IMG/VR virus record: IMGVR_UViG_3300017991_005548 | Location: 62,001-126,000 of that record | Strand: one strand, 5' to 3' | DNA length: 64,000 nt | Shown: positions 27,539-36,554 of the stretch, piece by piece | How the letters are laid out: every line of letters starts with the position of its first letter | How positions within the stretch are numbered: the stretch's first letter is position 1 | Notes under the pieces: generated by a model | What the model was told of the DNA's origin: nothing | Databases searched by the model: none | Seen by the model: the letters and a program-made list of their open reading frames with translations, nothing else | Program-made: the position numbers and the translations under genes

Positions 27539-28210
27539 CTATCCCAACCATTTGTCTCTTTTAAATCCACCTATTTCTTGAATGCCTCCCATAATTTTTT
27601 GTTTTATTTCAACGCTGTGTAATCTTACTGTGCAAATTCCGTATTTTAGTTTACCCTGAAATTCGCTAGATTTAAAATAACATTTTCTCAAATTTTCTTT
27701 CGTCAAACTAAGTGCATTAAGCCAAAATTCAACAATCTCTTGTTCAGAAACTCCATTGTTTGTATAGGCATTTATAGAAAGAGCAAATCTTTTTTCTTCA
27801 AACTCAAAGTGTTCTCTAAGGAACTTCATAAAAAGAATCATCATGTCAATATCGCTATTGCAGAATGTCACTCCTTTATTGGATTCTTTTGTTCCTTCTG
27901 CCCAATAAAGAATACAGCCAACCCGAAAACTTTCAGATATTTTAGCAAGTGCTCTTCCATCAGTTTGCCACTTCCTTCTTTTTCTTCTGAATTTTTCCGA
28001 ATATTTCTCCTGTTTACCAAAATAACCACCTTTTCTTGTTTTTGTCCTGTGCCGCAATTTTAGGTTTTCTATTTGTTCTTTCGTTAGTTGAATATCTCGA
28101 ACCCATAAACTAACAGACGATTGAGACACATCTAGAATCTTGGCTATTTTCTTTATAGATTGTCCACTTTTTCTTAGTTCTCTTGCTTTGTTTCTTTCGA
28201 CTTTTTTCAT
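27539..28210 (-). mobile_element. HTH + LAGLIDADG-like putative homing endonuclease inside tRNA operon
   Basis: N-terminal HTH (GQSIKKIAKILDVSQSSVSLW), LYWAEG, FCNSD; likely start MKK at 28210. Confidence 0.6.
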
Positions 28211-28268
28211 TTTCGAACCCCCATAGTTATATGTGATATAACATATTATACAGCAAGTTCGAACTTTT

Positions 28269-28343
28269 TGGTAGCAGTATCGGGACTTGAACCCGAACGG
28301 CACTCCTTATGAAAGAGTCGCACTACCATTATGCTATACTGCT
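28269..28343 (-). tRNA. tRNA-Met or Ile2 (CAT)
   Basis: ACTCT-TTCATAA-GGAGT, CCA. Confidence 0.85.
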
Positions 28344-28397
28344 ATGAAAGTCTTGGGCTAACCATTGCCCAACCTAGCGTCATTTATCGTATCCAAT

Positions 28398-28472
28398 TGG
28401 CGGTGATAAGGGGAATCGAACCCCTGTCCTCTGGGCGACAACCAGAAATCCTAGCCATTAAACGATATCACC
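28398..28472 (-). tRNA. tRNA-Asp(GTC)
   Basis: Loop TTGTCGC, G73, CCA. Confidence 0.95.
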
Positions 28473-28478
28473 GATAAG

Positions 28479-28552
28479 CGGAACCGAAGGGACTCGAACC
28501 CTCAATCTCCTGATCGACAGTCAGGGGCACTAACCAATTGCGCTACGGCTCC
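28479..28552 (-). tRNA. tRNA-Asp(GTC), no encoded CCA
   Basis: Loop CTGTCGA, G73. Confidence 0.9.
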
Positions 28553-28670
28553 ATAAAACTGAAAGCTCTAAAGTTTTCGTTAGTCTTTTTGCTTTCGCTC
28601 ATACTCCTATACTCTTTATTGTCCAATCCAGTTGTCAATTGGCTCTAAGGAACGATACGAACTTTCAGTT

Positions 28671-28747
28671 TGGTGACGACAGTTGGACTTGAACCAACGC
28701 TCTCCAGTGTGTCGAACTGGCGATTTATCCATCTAATCTATGCCGTC
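28671..28747 (-). tRNA. tRNA-Val(GAC)
   Basis: CCAGT-TCGACAC-ACTGG (C33), CCA. Confidence 0.85.
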
Positions 28748-28751
28748 AATT

Positions 28752-28829
28752 TGGTTCTGCGAGAGGGACTTGAACCCCCGACCTCCTCCTTATCAGGGAG
28801 GCGCTACTTACCATCTGAGCTACCGCAGA
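28752..28829 (-). tRNA. tRNA-Ile(GAT)
   Basis: Loop CTGATAA, CCA. Confidence 0.9.
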
Positions 28830-28834
28830 ATCAT

Positions 28835-28925
28835 TGGTGGGAGTAGCAGGACTTGAACCTGCGTTTACCTTTCGGCCTCCTGTGTATCAGACAGGCGCTC
28901 TAACCAAATACTGAGCTATACTCCC
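28835..28925 (-). tRNA. tRNA-Ile(GAT) with long variable arm
   Basis: Loop CTGATAC; V arm GCC-GAAA-GGT; CCA. Confidence 0.85.
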
Positions 28926-28985
28926 ATAACATTCTTTTTGCATTGTAACATCATCAATGTTATCGTGCAAATTTGATGTTACAAT

Positions 28986-29060
28986 TGGCAGGGACGAAAG
29001 GATTTGAACCCTTACCGCATGGTTTTGGAGACCAGCAGGCTACCATTACAACACGCCCCT
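28986..29060 (-). tRNA. tRNA-Trp(CCA)
   Basis: Loop CTCCAAA, CCA. Confidence 0.95.
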
Positions 29061-29065
29061 GTTAG

Positions 29066-29141
29066 TGGTACTCCTACCAGAACTCGAACCTGGATCTTCG
29101 ACTTCGAAGGCCGTTATTCTAATCCATTGAACTATAGGAGC
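29066..29141 (-). tRNA. tRNA-Arg(TCG)
   Basis: Loop CTTCGAA, CCA. Confidence 0.9.
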
Positions 29142-29175
29142 ATCTACATATAAATTTTCAAAGAACTCTAATTCT

Positions 29176-29252
29176 TGGTACACCCAGCAGGATTTGAACC
29201 TGCAACCTCCTGGTTCGTAGCCAGACGCTCTATCCAATTGAGCTATGAGTGC
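29176..29252 (-). tRNA. tRNA-Arg(ACG)
   Basis: Loop CTACGAA, CCA. Confidence 0.95.
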
Positions 29253-29257
29253 AACTT

Positions 29258-29334
29258 TGGTACTCCTGGCGGGACTCGAACCCACATAGACCTGTTTAGA
29301 AGACAGGTGCCTGATCCAGTTAGACTACAGGAGC
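29258..29334 (-). tRNA. tRNA-Arg(TCT)
   Basis: Loop CTTCTAA, CCA. Confidence 0.95.
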
Positions 29335-29342
29335 ATCTAAAA

Positions 29343-29498
29343 TTATTTCAACTTTTCTTTCGCTTTTTTCAAATCCTCAATTAACTGTTTCTTTGAGTAG
29401 TTTCTGCCTACCCAAACTAATTCATACATTTTCTCGTCTTTTTGATTCTGAACACTGTTCAGAACTCGTTCTAAAATCTCTTGTGCTGTTTCTTTCAT
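29343..29498 (-). CDS. 51-aa hypothetical protein within tRNA operon
   Basis: MKETAQEILERVLNSVQ...LKKAKEKLK, manual translation. Confidence 0.4.
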   Translation of the reverse strand: MKETAQEILERVLNSVQNQKDEKMYELVWVGRNYSKKQLIEDLKKAKEKLK

Positions 29499-29501
29499 TT
29501 T

Positions 29502-29576
29502 TGGCCTCTCCTATAGGACTCGAACCTATATCTGCGGTTTAGGAAACCGATATTCTATCCCTTGAACTAAGGAGAG
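29502..29576 (-). tRNA. tRNA-Arg(CCT)
   Basis: Loop TTCCTAA, CCA. Confidence 0.9.
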
Positions 29577-29584
29577 TCAGGCAC

Positions 29585-29617
29585 AAAAAAAGCCCAAGCT
29601 CCTTAGAGCCTGGGCTT
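29585..29617 (-). terminator. attenuator terminator of the Arg-led tRNA operon
   Basis: AAGCCCAGGCTC-TAAG-GAGCTTGGGCTT + U run. Confidence 0.85.
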
Positions 29618-29635
29618 CGTAAATCTGCTTATCTA

Positions 29636-29716
29636 TCAGAACATGCGATAGCGCAGATCAGAAGCCCTGTGGCTCCAATCGCGTCTAATAATATGCATGT
29701 CTCTAACAACGTTCAT
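29636..29716 (-). CDS. multi-amino-acid attenuator leader peptide MNVVRDMHIIRRDWSHRASDLRYRMF
   Basis: 26 codons; RBS AAGGA; residues 3-14 are only V,R,D,M,H,I,W. Confidence 0.8.
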   Translation of the reverse strand: MNVVRDMHIIRRDWSHRASDLRYRMF

Positions 29717-29813
29717 TTTTCTTAAATCCTTATTCGATTTAGTTTTTCAACTTACCCTCATTAGTCACATTTGATTTGAGTTTTTCTCAGATCTGTACCA
29801 AGAAGTTATTATC

Positions 29814-29841
29814 ATTATAAGCCTTATTCAGAGTATTTCAA
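29814..29841 (-). promoter_or_regulatory. promoter of the Arg-led tRNA operon
   Basis: TTGAAA-N16-TATAAT. Confidence 0.8.
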
Positions 29842-29867
29842 GTCGTCTTTGAAGATTTTCTTGAATT

Positions 29868-30383
29868 TTATCTGAGGGTATCGTACAAGTCCTCATACCT
29901 AGCTCTCCACCAGTAAGCTTTAGGTACATTGCCAATGCAGAAATAATCCCCTGCATCCTTGGCCTTTAAATAAAAATTATGTGCTTCCTCATATAAGCCA
30001 AAGATCCTGGCAGAACGAATAATCCTGGTAATTCTAAGTAAGTTATGGTTGAACTCTTTACACCAAACCCTTTGTTTATCTTTGTCATCAACATCCAGGC
30101 CATAGAAATCGAGCATACGTTCAACAGCATTGGTCATATTCTCTGTGATTTCTGGGATATCTCTGCATTCTTCCACTATCATTGGGTTAATAACTGGATA
30201 TGTCATTGCCCAATTAGATGTTTCGTGCAAAGGGAAGATCCATTGAACCTGATCATGACACTTTTCCATTTCTTCATCACTACAATAAAGAATGTCCTCA
30301 TAAATCCTTCCTTTGTAATCAGCGTGATTGCCTGACAAGAATTTTACAATCCAATCTTTATCTGTAATGATCATTTTAGTCAC
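29868..30383 (-). CDS. OGFr N-terminal-like domain protein
   Basis: MEKCHDQVQWIFPLHETS and HNLLRITRIIRS motifs. Confidence 0.75.
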   Translation of the reverse strand: MTKMIITDKDWIVKFLSGNHADYKGRIYEDILYCSDEEMEKCHDQVQWIFPLHETSNWAMTYPVINPMIVEECRDIPEITENMTNAVERMLDFYGLDVDDKDKQRVWCKEFNHNLLRITRIIRSARIFGLYEEAHNFYLKAKDAGDYFCIGNVPKAYWWRARYEDLYDTLR

Positions 30384-30415
30384 ATTTGATCCAGGTTTTT
30401 CCTAGATCTGTACTG

Positions 30416-31207
30416 TTAGAAAAGACCCAAGGCTCTCCCCTGATCCCTGAAAGCAATTTCGATAACAAGTGAGAACCCTTCTGGAACCAAATATTGCTTG
30501 ATTACTTGTTTCTCACATTCTTCGCTCATATCCTGTTCTATTCCCATTTGACCTTCAAGAACTTTTACAGCCACATTGAATGCTTCATATTCAAATTCCA
30601 CAATATCAACTTCTCCTTCAAGATCTCGAAGAAGCGCCTGACCTTCATTCAAACCAATCATCTCATAGAAATAGATCATAGCTTTATAAAGTTCATGTAA
30701 TTTATCTGACTCACGCATCTGATCGTGAATCTCAAATGATATATTGTCCAAAGCCTCTCTACATTCTACAAGTTTCTTGAAGTCTTCGTCTTCAAAAGCA
30801 TCGTTAAGATTTCCACTTGCCATGATCTCTGCGATCTTATCTCCAGAAACATATTCGTCGTCGTCAGGAATAGCTCGATACAAATCTTGTAGAAGTTTGA
30901 TGTTTTCCATTTTTTCTCCACTATTTTCATCAATAACAAGCTCAATTCTGAATTCGCGCTCTTTATTGTCGATAAAGTGAGATACATTTTCGATCAACCA
31001 AGTTAAAACTTCTTCTGCGGCTTTATCAGCATCTACATTTTTACTTAGTTCATGGATTTCTTGAAGGGTCTTTTTCTCGAATGTCATTTTGACTTCTTCA
31101 AATTCGAATTTACCTTCAGCAAGGTTTTGGAATGCTTCAATAATTTTCTCTTCATCACTCATTTTATTTCTCCTTAGTAAACCATCTACATTGGTGTAAT
31201 TTTTCAC
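30416..31207 (-). CDS. acidic hypothetical protein
   Basis: ORF track. Confidence 0.6.
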   Translation of the reverse strand: MKNYTNVDGLLRRNKMSDEEKIIEAFQNLAEGKFEFEEVKMTFEKKTLQEIHELSKNVDADKAAEEVLTWLIENVSHFIDNKEREFRIELVIDENSGEKMENIKLLQDLYRAIPDDDEYVSGDKIAEIMASGNLNDAFEDEDFKKLVECREALDNISFEIHDQMRESDKLHELYKAMIYFYEMIGLNEGQALLRDLEGEVDIVEFEYEAFNVAVKVLEGQMGIEQDMSEECEKQVIKQYLVPEGFSLVIEIAFRDQGRALGLF

Positions 31208-31622
31208 TACATTTGGGACATTGGATTCCTTTTTGGATAGCTTCTTGGAAATTTAGCATACTGGAACCAGTAGTTGGGCATTTTTTTGGAAGTCCAGCCT
31301 TTTTGATTGCTTCATCTAAAGAATCTAAATCGTCTAAGAACACATCATATTGCCATAGACATTCTGCACCAATACTCCAGAGATTTACTCTATAGCATTT
31401 GGTTTTGATTCCTTCCTTGTTCGGGAAAGTAATTAGGGCGTATTCTCTGCCAGTGTTTTTGAGTTCCTGGATTTGTTGTTTTAGCTCAGGAAGTTCTTTA
31501 ATACGTTCAGAGTTAATAATATCATCAATATCCCCCATAGGCCAGGGGGCAGTAATAGTGAAACCAGTCCCACAGTATTCGCAGTCGTCGTTTCTACAGG
31601 TAAAATCGCATCCAGCAGGCAT
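31164..31622 (-). CDS. Cys-rich hypothetical protein
   Basis: C..C motifs at both ends. Confidence 0.55.
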   Translation of the reverse strand: MPAGCDFTCRNDDCEYCGTGFTITAPWPMGDIDDIINSERIKELPELKQQIQELKNTGREYALITFPNKEGIKTKCYRVNLWSIGAECLWQYDVFLDDLDSLDEAIKKAGLPKKCPTTGSSMLNFQEAIQKGIQCPKCSEKLHQCRWFTKEK

Positions 31623-31655
31623 AATATAACCTCTTTTGTTTTTAGAGATTATACA

Positions 31656-31943
31656 TTATTTTTTCTTGTTATTCTTCCTTTGCTCTTTCTTCTGTGCTTC
31701 AAGGGCCTTGCGATCCCTTTCGTACATCTCTTGCCTGTTCTGAATTCTTTTATTTCTTGCTTCAATTCGTTTCTTGCGTTGCTGAACTCTTTCTTGTCTT
31801 AGACGAATACGTTTTTGTCGAGGAGTCATCCCTTCAAGCTCTTTCTCAAGCCTCTCTTTTTCACGTTTCTCAATAATACGTCTACGTCTTTCAGCGACTT
31901 CTTGTTTGAATTTTGCTTTACTTCTTTTACATTTACATCCCAT
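31656..31943 (-). CDS. basic Arg/Lys-rich small protein
   Basis: ORF track. Confidence 0.5.
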   Translation of the reverse strand: MGCKCKRSKAKFKQEVAERRRRIIEKREKERLEKELEGMTPRQKRIRLRQERVQQRKKRIEARNKRIQNRQEMYERDRKALEAQKKEQRKNNKKK

Positions 31944-32022
31944 TTCTCAGTCTTCCAAGTTAGAACCGATATATATTTCTTCTTGAAATTATACCTGATT
32001 TCCTTGCAAATTTGTAGTGGGA

Positions 32023-32280
32023 TTACCGATTTTCAAAATGTTCTTCAATTTTTTTATTCTGTTCGGTAGCGTACTCATTATAAGCCTTTATTCCAATCTC
32101 AAGCTTGGTAGCATACTTGACCATGGACTCAAAGTCTTTCTTGTCCAGAGCAGGGCTTAAAACGGGCCTATCAGGCATCGGGATTATTGGATACCTCTGA
32201 TTTATCATCGTCGTGTGATGACACCCCGTTAGAACCGTCAATCCAATCGTCAAGATTAACATCATCTTTATCCACTGCAT
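32023..32280 (-). CDS. small lipoprotein (possible o-spanin)
   Basis: Lipobox LTGC-HHT as in ORF 10124-10381; Pro-rich then coiled. Confidence 0.5.
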   Translation of the reverse strand: MQWIKMMLILTIGLTVLTGCHHTTMINQRYPIIPMPDRPVLSPALDKKDFESMVKYATKLEIGIKAYNEYATEQNKKIEEHFENR

Positions 32281-32497
32281 TTTGGGCCTCCTGGATTCTT
32301 CTTTCTAGTTCGATTGCTTTTTTCATGCTCTGTAACACTTCTTCCATTGCTTCAATGTCAGAGCCTTCGGCATGGTCAAGTTTATTGGCAATCATCTTCA
32401 GAAGAGATTTGATGATCTCAAGTGCAGTAGTTGCCAATAGCATTTCTGTTCCTGTAAAACGTGCAGACATAATTGATCTCCTTCGTTGCAGAAACAT
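32171..32497 (-). CDS. hypothetical protein
   Basis: ORF track; likely start MSARF. Confidence 0.45.
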   Translation of the reverse strand: MFLQRRRSIMSARFTGTEMLLATTALEIIKSLLKMIANKLDHAEGSDIEAMEEVLQSMKKAIELERRIQEAQNAVDKDDVNLDDWIDGSNGVSSHDDDKSEVSNNPDA

Positions 32498-32563
32498 TAT
32501 TCTATATAGAAAAAGAAAAACCCTAGAGCGGGGAACTCTAGGGCTTTTCAGGTGGGCCGAATC

Positions 32564-33997
32564 TTAGACGGTGACCCCTTCTGGGACTACGATTTCATAC
32601 TTCTCGATTGCTCGATCAAGTACTGCCATTGGCGAGAAATCAGTGCCTCCGAGAACTGCGCCTAAGATTGAAGGACTGAAGCCACTTACAAGAGCAACAT
32701 TCTCATGCGTACCTCTTGCAGGACTTCCTGCATATCCAGCAGTATTCCAATATACAATCTTTGGACGACTGTATCCATTTGCTTCCCACTCTTCCATGCA
32801 TCTTTCAATAGTGGTCTTATCGCAGTTACTAGCGCCAGAGCACCAGCCTCCACCATTATCGAACTGCATGTCTGAAATGATCAACAGACAGTTTGGAATC
32901 TGTTCATCAGTTACGTTGAACATCTTTGCAGAGTTCAGGATCTGATCAAGAGCCGCCTTGACGTTCGTTGATCCACAATATCCTTCTCTTCTGCAACGCT
33001 GAATTCCCTGAACAAAAGTCTTTCCCTTCCAATCGACAAGGTGACTGTCGTTTGAGAATGGAATGAACTTCCTGTAGAAAGGGTTATCCTTTCCAACCCT
33101 GTCAGAGCAGTACAATCCCAAACTGGTTGAGATATCAATAGCTCTGATAGAACCAGAGACAGTAACTCCCATAGATCCAGAGAAGTCACAAATTGGCATG
33201 ATTCTCATGTTGCAGTCTTCCATGAAGTTTGGAAGAGCTTCAAACTGAGCATTTGCCAACTTACCATCCTTGTTAGCAGTACGAAGAACGTCATGTGGGA
33301 ACAAAGCACTTGCGTTAACCTTGTTGTCAGAGTCCTCGTCAGTCAAAGACTCTCTCCACTGATCGTATCTTGCAGGATCATGCTTCAAGAATGCGTTAGC
33401 AGATCTTGCCATTGCGACAGAAGGAACAGTGTTGTAGTCAATGTCATGCCAGTCGCCTGAGCACATTGCAGTCTCTACAACATTAGTGTACTCAGCCAAG
33501 TGCTTTCTGAATACCTTTGGAGACATTCCGAGAGCCTTTCTAAGCTTTGCGAAAACAACCTTGTTCTTCTTCTCTCTTGGTGCCCACTTGCAAGCAAGAC
33601 CATGCTTATCAGCAATAGCTCTTGCCCAGTACTGGATTGCAGTATCTTCGCAAGGAGTATCGATACATGCAGTCAAGTCATCCCAACGTCCAGTCTCTGG
33701 AATAAGATGAATATTGACAGTAATCCACTCAGGATGCTTCTCAGCCATCCACTTCAATACAGAACGGAATCCGCTTCTGTTACCTGCTCCACCTCTAGCA
33801 TCACGAAGCCAGAAAGCAAGCTTTGCGGCACGAAGTTGATCGGACTTGAACGCAGGCTTAAACAAGTTCAGAGCACCTGCCTCCGAACCGTAGTAGCTAC
33901 CACGCTTCTCGAAAAGTGATCCTGCCTTGGAGAAGAACTCCAAAAGTGCGTTTCCAGTTGAGTCATACAGAAAGTCGTTGTTGTGTCCTCTTGCCAT
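32564..33997 (-). CDS. TROVE-like/DUF2828 family protein with vWA domain
   Basis: FWLRDARGGAG.R..FR, GRWDDL, KWAPRE, DFSGSM MIDAS, ISDMQFD, IVYWN. Confidence 0.8.
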   Translation of the reverse strand: MARGHNNDFLYDSTGNALLEFFSKAGSLFEKRGSYYGSEAGALNLFKPAFKSDQLRAAKLAFWLRDARGGAGNRSGFRSVLKWMAEKHPEWITVNIHLIPETGRWDDLTACIDTPCEDTAIQYWARAIADKHGLACKWAPREKKNKVVFAKLRKALGMSPKVFRKHLAEYTNVVETAMCSGDWHDIDYNTVPSVAMARSANAFLKHDPARYDQWRESLTDEDSDNKVNASALFPHDVLRTANKDGKLANAQFEALPNFMEDCNMRIMPICDFSGSMGVTVSGSIRAIDISTSLGLYCSDRVGKDNPFYRKFIPFSNDSHLVDWKGKTFVQGIQRCRREGYCGSTNVKAALDQILNSAKMFNVTDEQIPNCLLIISDMQFDNGGGWCSGASNCDKTTIERCMEEWEANGYSRPKIVYWNTAGYAGSPARGTHENVALVSGFSPSILGAVLGGTDFSPMAVLDRAIEKYEIVVPEGVTV

Positions 33998-34028
33998 CGT
34001 ACCATCCTCCTATTGTTGGTTTTGTGTC

Positions 34029-34094
34029 AAAAAAAAGACCAGTCAAACTTGGTTCCGAGTCCCATCTCGCGTATGGAACAAAGTCTAACTGGTC
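34029..34094 (-). terminator. long terminator-like hairpin just upstream of the TROVE-like gene
   Basis: GACCAGTTAGACTT/AAGTTTGACTGGTC + U8. Confidence 0.7.
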
Positions 34095-34111
34095 AAAGTT
34101 AAAAATCGGAA

Positions 34112-34459
34112 CAGGTTAGCAATTTTGGTTTTCATTTCAAGTGAAAGTTTTGGTTGCTGTAACTAACCTTCTATCCTAAATTAAAAATTTGAACAGACTG
34201 ACTTGTTTTTTTTAGCATAAAAAATTTTGAGTTGCTGAATGCAGTCTTATATCAAATTGTTTTTCTAAATTTTCCTTTTTCTTGTTTTCAAAGAAACAAG
34301 TGAAACAGCTTGGGTTTTCCATCCTTTATTTCAGACCTCGATGAATTTGGGTCCTCAAATTTATTTTTAAAACCCTCTCGACTGGGTTCTCGTTTTATTT
34401 CTGTCAGGGCGACTCTGACGCTCGTTTTATCGTGTTTTTTGGTTGCAGTAACCAAGCTT
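34112..34459 (-). ncRNA. structured leader with three CAGCAA elements and anticodon-loop mimics
   Basis: AAG-N8-C(A/T)GCAA at 34154-70, 34232-48, 34443-59, each closed by a helix+CTG; TTTCA-CTTGAAA-TGAAA and T6-ATGCTAA-A6 hairpins. Confidence 0.7.
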
Positions 34460-34477
34460 TATTCAGTTGTTGGTTCC

Positions 34478-34505
34478 ATTATAAGGATTACGAAAAACTT
34501 TTCAA
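34478..34505 (-). promoter_or_regulatory. promoter of TROVE leader
   Basis: TTGAAA-N16-TATAAT. Confidence 0.8.
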
Positions 34506-34534
34506 GTCGGTTTTGAATATTTTTTTTGAATTTT

Positions 34535-35407
34535 TTATTTTTCGATTTCGAACGGTGGATCTCCGAATAGGATTCTGGAGTATTCAAGCATCCTTTTATC
34601 AAGTGTAAGAACTTTCATTAAATGCTTTTTTGCCTTTTCTTCCTTGAAACTCCTTTCCCATCTATCAAGTGTCTTTAGATTTTGGCCCCTTTTTTTGTTC
34701 TCAAAAGTGCTACCACCACCATATTGGGTAATAACATTGAGTCTCCTGTCAGTGAACTCAACATCTAATTGTTTACAGATATTTTTCCTGTAATCAATGT
34801 CAACAAACCATTGGTCATATATAATAGGAATGAAGTTTTCAGGGATATGATTTGTGATCCCTAGAAACTCTTCCGCATAACCTATCCAAAGAGATGAAAA
34901 CGTTTTGGGGCCATTTATGCGGTGCCTCAGACTTCTCCAGAAGAATGCGCTTGTTATATGATTCCAAGGAGATCTTAGGATAAAGATAAAGAAGCTTTTA
35001 GGGCTAATTGAGCGTAAGTTCTCATATTCAGGGTTAGTTTGCTTCAATCTTTCTAAAAGACCCTTTTCTTCATCTTTGTAAAACTTATCGTAGATCCTGG
35101 CAAAGGATTCTGGAGATGAATTTTCTGATCCAAGAACGATAGCCTGTCTTTTATCCCTGTAATGATAGTCAAGAACTTCGATATCGCTCTTCTTTTTTTC
35201 ACCTTTAGCAAAGTGTTGGTATCTCCACTTTCTTCCTGGAGGGTTATGGTTAATTTTAAATGACGAGTTCGATGGCTTACAACAACTCAAATTATTTTTG
35301 TAGATAGCATGATCAAAAGTTCCTAAAAGCCAAGAGCTAATTCCATGTTGTCCACATCTATTCATGCCACAAACATGAATGGTTTTTTCAGTCAGATATT
35401 CTGTCAT
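34535..35407 (-). CDS. sulfotransferase-like protein
   Basis: GMNRCGQHGI (5'-PSB-like) and ILRSPWNHITS (3'-PB-like) segments; inference. Confidence 0.5.
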   Translation of the reverse strand: MTEYLTEKTIHVCGMNRCGQHGISSWLLGTFDHAIYKNNLSCCKPSNSSFKINHNPPGRKWRYQHFAKGEKKKSDIEVLDYHYRDKRQAIVLGSENSSPESFARIYDKFYKDEEKGLLERLKQTNPEYENLRSISPKSFFIFILRSPWNHITSAFFWRSLRHRINGPKTFSSLWIGYAEEFLGITNHIPENFIPIIYDQWFVDIDYRKNICKQLDVEFTDRRLNVITQYGGGSTFENKKRGQNLKTLDRWERSFKEEKAKKHLMKVLTLDKRMLEYSRILFGDPPFEIEK

Positions 35408-35409
35408 TC

Positions 35410-35997
35410 TTAGCCCTCTACTATAGATATCTTTGCTACTCTGTCAGGCTGTGTTAACGCCATTCCAATCTTACCCCTGGAATCATAAATGATTCCAATG
35501 TACTCAGCATCTTCTAATGCGTAGATCTCTTTCTGTGGAATTTTATCACTCCAAAAAATCCTAGCACCCTCAAATGATCCTACCGAAGTCACTCCATCAA
35601 TGATCTCCAGATCCCAGCTAAAGAACTTTCCTGAGGGATCTACTTCTTTTTTAATGAACATACCCATCATTGGGTTCATGATGATAGCTTTCGGGTCTTC
35701 TAAAAGCTTACAAAGCTCATACACACCTTGTATAGTAAAGCCTCCGACAGATAAAGCATGTTTCTTTGGTAAAATACTTGCTTCTAGTAAAAGAAAAAAT
35801 AGTTCATCTTCTTTTTCTTGTCCGACTTGCTCTAAAGGAGGGATCAAAGCGGAATCTCTGCCAGTTACATGATCAACAGTATGATCAGGCATCATTAGAT
35901 ATCCACCAAGCTCTCTGTTTATTTCATAAACTGGATGAAGTCCACCTAAGTCATCATTAATTAATAGGATTCTTGCAAGGTTGTTTAATTTTTTCAT
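35410..35997 (-). CDS. hypothetical protein
   Basis: ORF track. Confidence 0.55.
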   Translation of the reverse strand: MKKLNNLARILLINDDLGGLHPVYEINRELGGYLMMPDHTVDHVTGRDSALIPPLEQVGQEKEDELFFLLLEASILPKKHALSVGGFTIQGVYELCKLLEDPKAIIMNPMMGMFIKKEVDPSGKFFSWDLEIIDGVTSVGSFEGARIFWSDKIPQKEIYALEDAEYIGIIYDSRGKIGMALTQPDRVAKISIVEG

Positions 35998-36011
35998 TAT
36001 TTTCCTCCACT

Positions 36012-36040
36012 AAAAAAGCCCCCGAATTTAATCAGGGGCT
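36012..36040 (-). terminator. intrinsic terminator
   Basis: AGCCCC...GGGGCT + U6. Confidence 0.6.
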
Positions 36041-36045
36041 TGAGT

Positions 36046-36537
36046 TTAACATCTCTTGTCTGCGGCCCAGGTTGCGGCCCATGAGTGAGGCTTGTGTTCG
36101 CAGTGGAACCCTTGAGCGGCAACCATACCAACCAACTCTGGTAGGTATTTTGAGCTTTTGTACTTAAGATTTGGATTAACATCCAAGTGAATGGTGATGA
36201 TCTTCGCAGGGTCAATCTTACCATTTAGGAACCATCCTACCTCAAGAGACCTAAAGGCTTCAATCATCAATCTCTGTCTCAAATTACTGATTCTCTCAGT
36301 TCTTTCTGAAGATAGGATTGCGCATCCACCTAATCCAAGGGTATATGCTACGAGGCAAGTAGTAAAGGTGCAGTACTTTTTGCCTTTTCTGGAATAGTTC
36401 TGGCTATCTGTACCAATGTAGAACTCCGCATTGGGATGTTCTCCCATAAAGTCTATCACTTCGATAGCTGTCCTATCCCCAAACCTTTTCCACTTCCAGT
36501 TAATAAAAGGCGTGTACTTCCCCTCGTAGAATCCCAT
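36046..36537 (-). CDS. RNase H-like YkuK (DUF458) family protein
   Basis: IGTDSQ...IHLDVN...KP.SWAA..AAD. Confidence 0.75.
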   Translation of the reverse strand: MGFYEGKYTPFINWKWKRFGDRTAIEVIDFMGEHPNAEFYIGTDSQNYSRKGKKYCTFTTCLVAYTLGLGGCAILSSERTERISNLRQRLMIEAFRSLEVGWFLNGKIDPAKIITIHLDVNPNLKYKSSKYLPELVGMVAAQGFHCEHKPHSWAATWAADKRC

Positions 36538-36554
36538 AATATGTCTCTCCTATT

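Noticed and set aside
28557-28670. tmRNA tag fragment (TNENF)
   Set aside because: No tRNA-like domain or pseudoknots; similarity too short.
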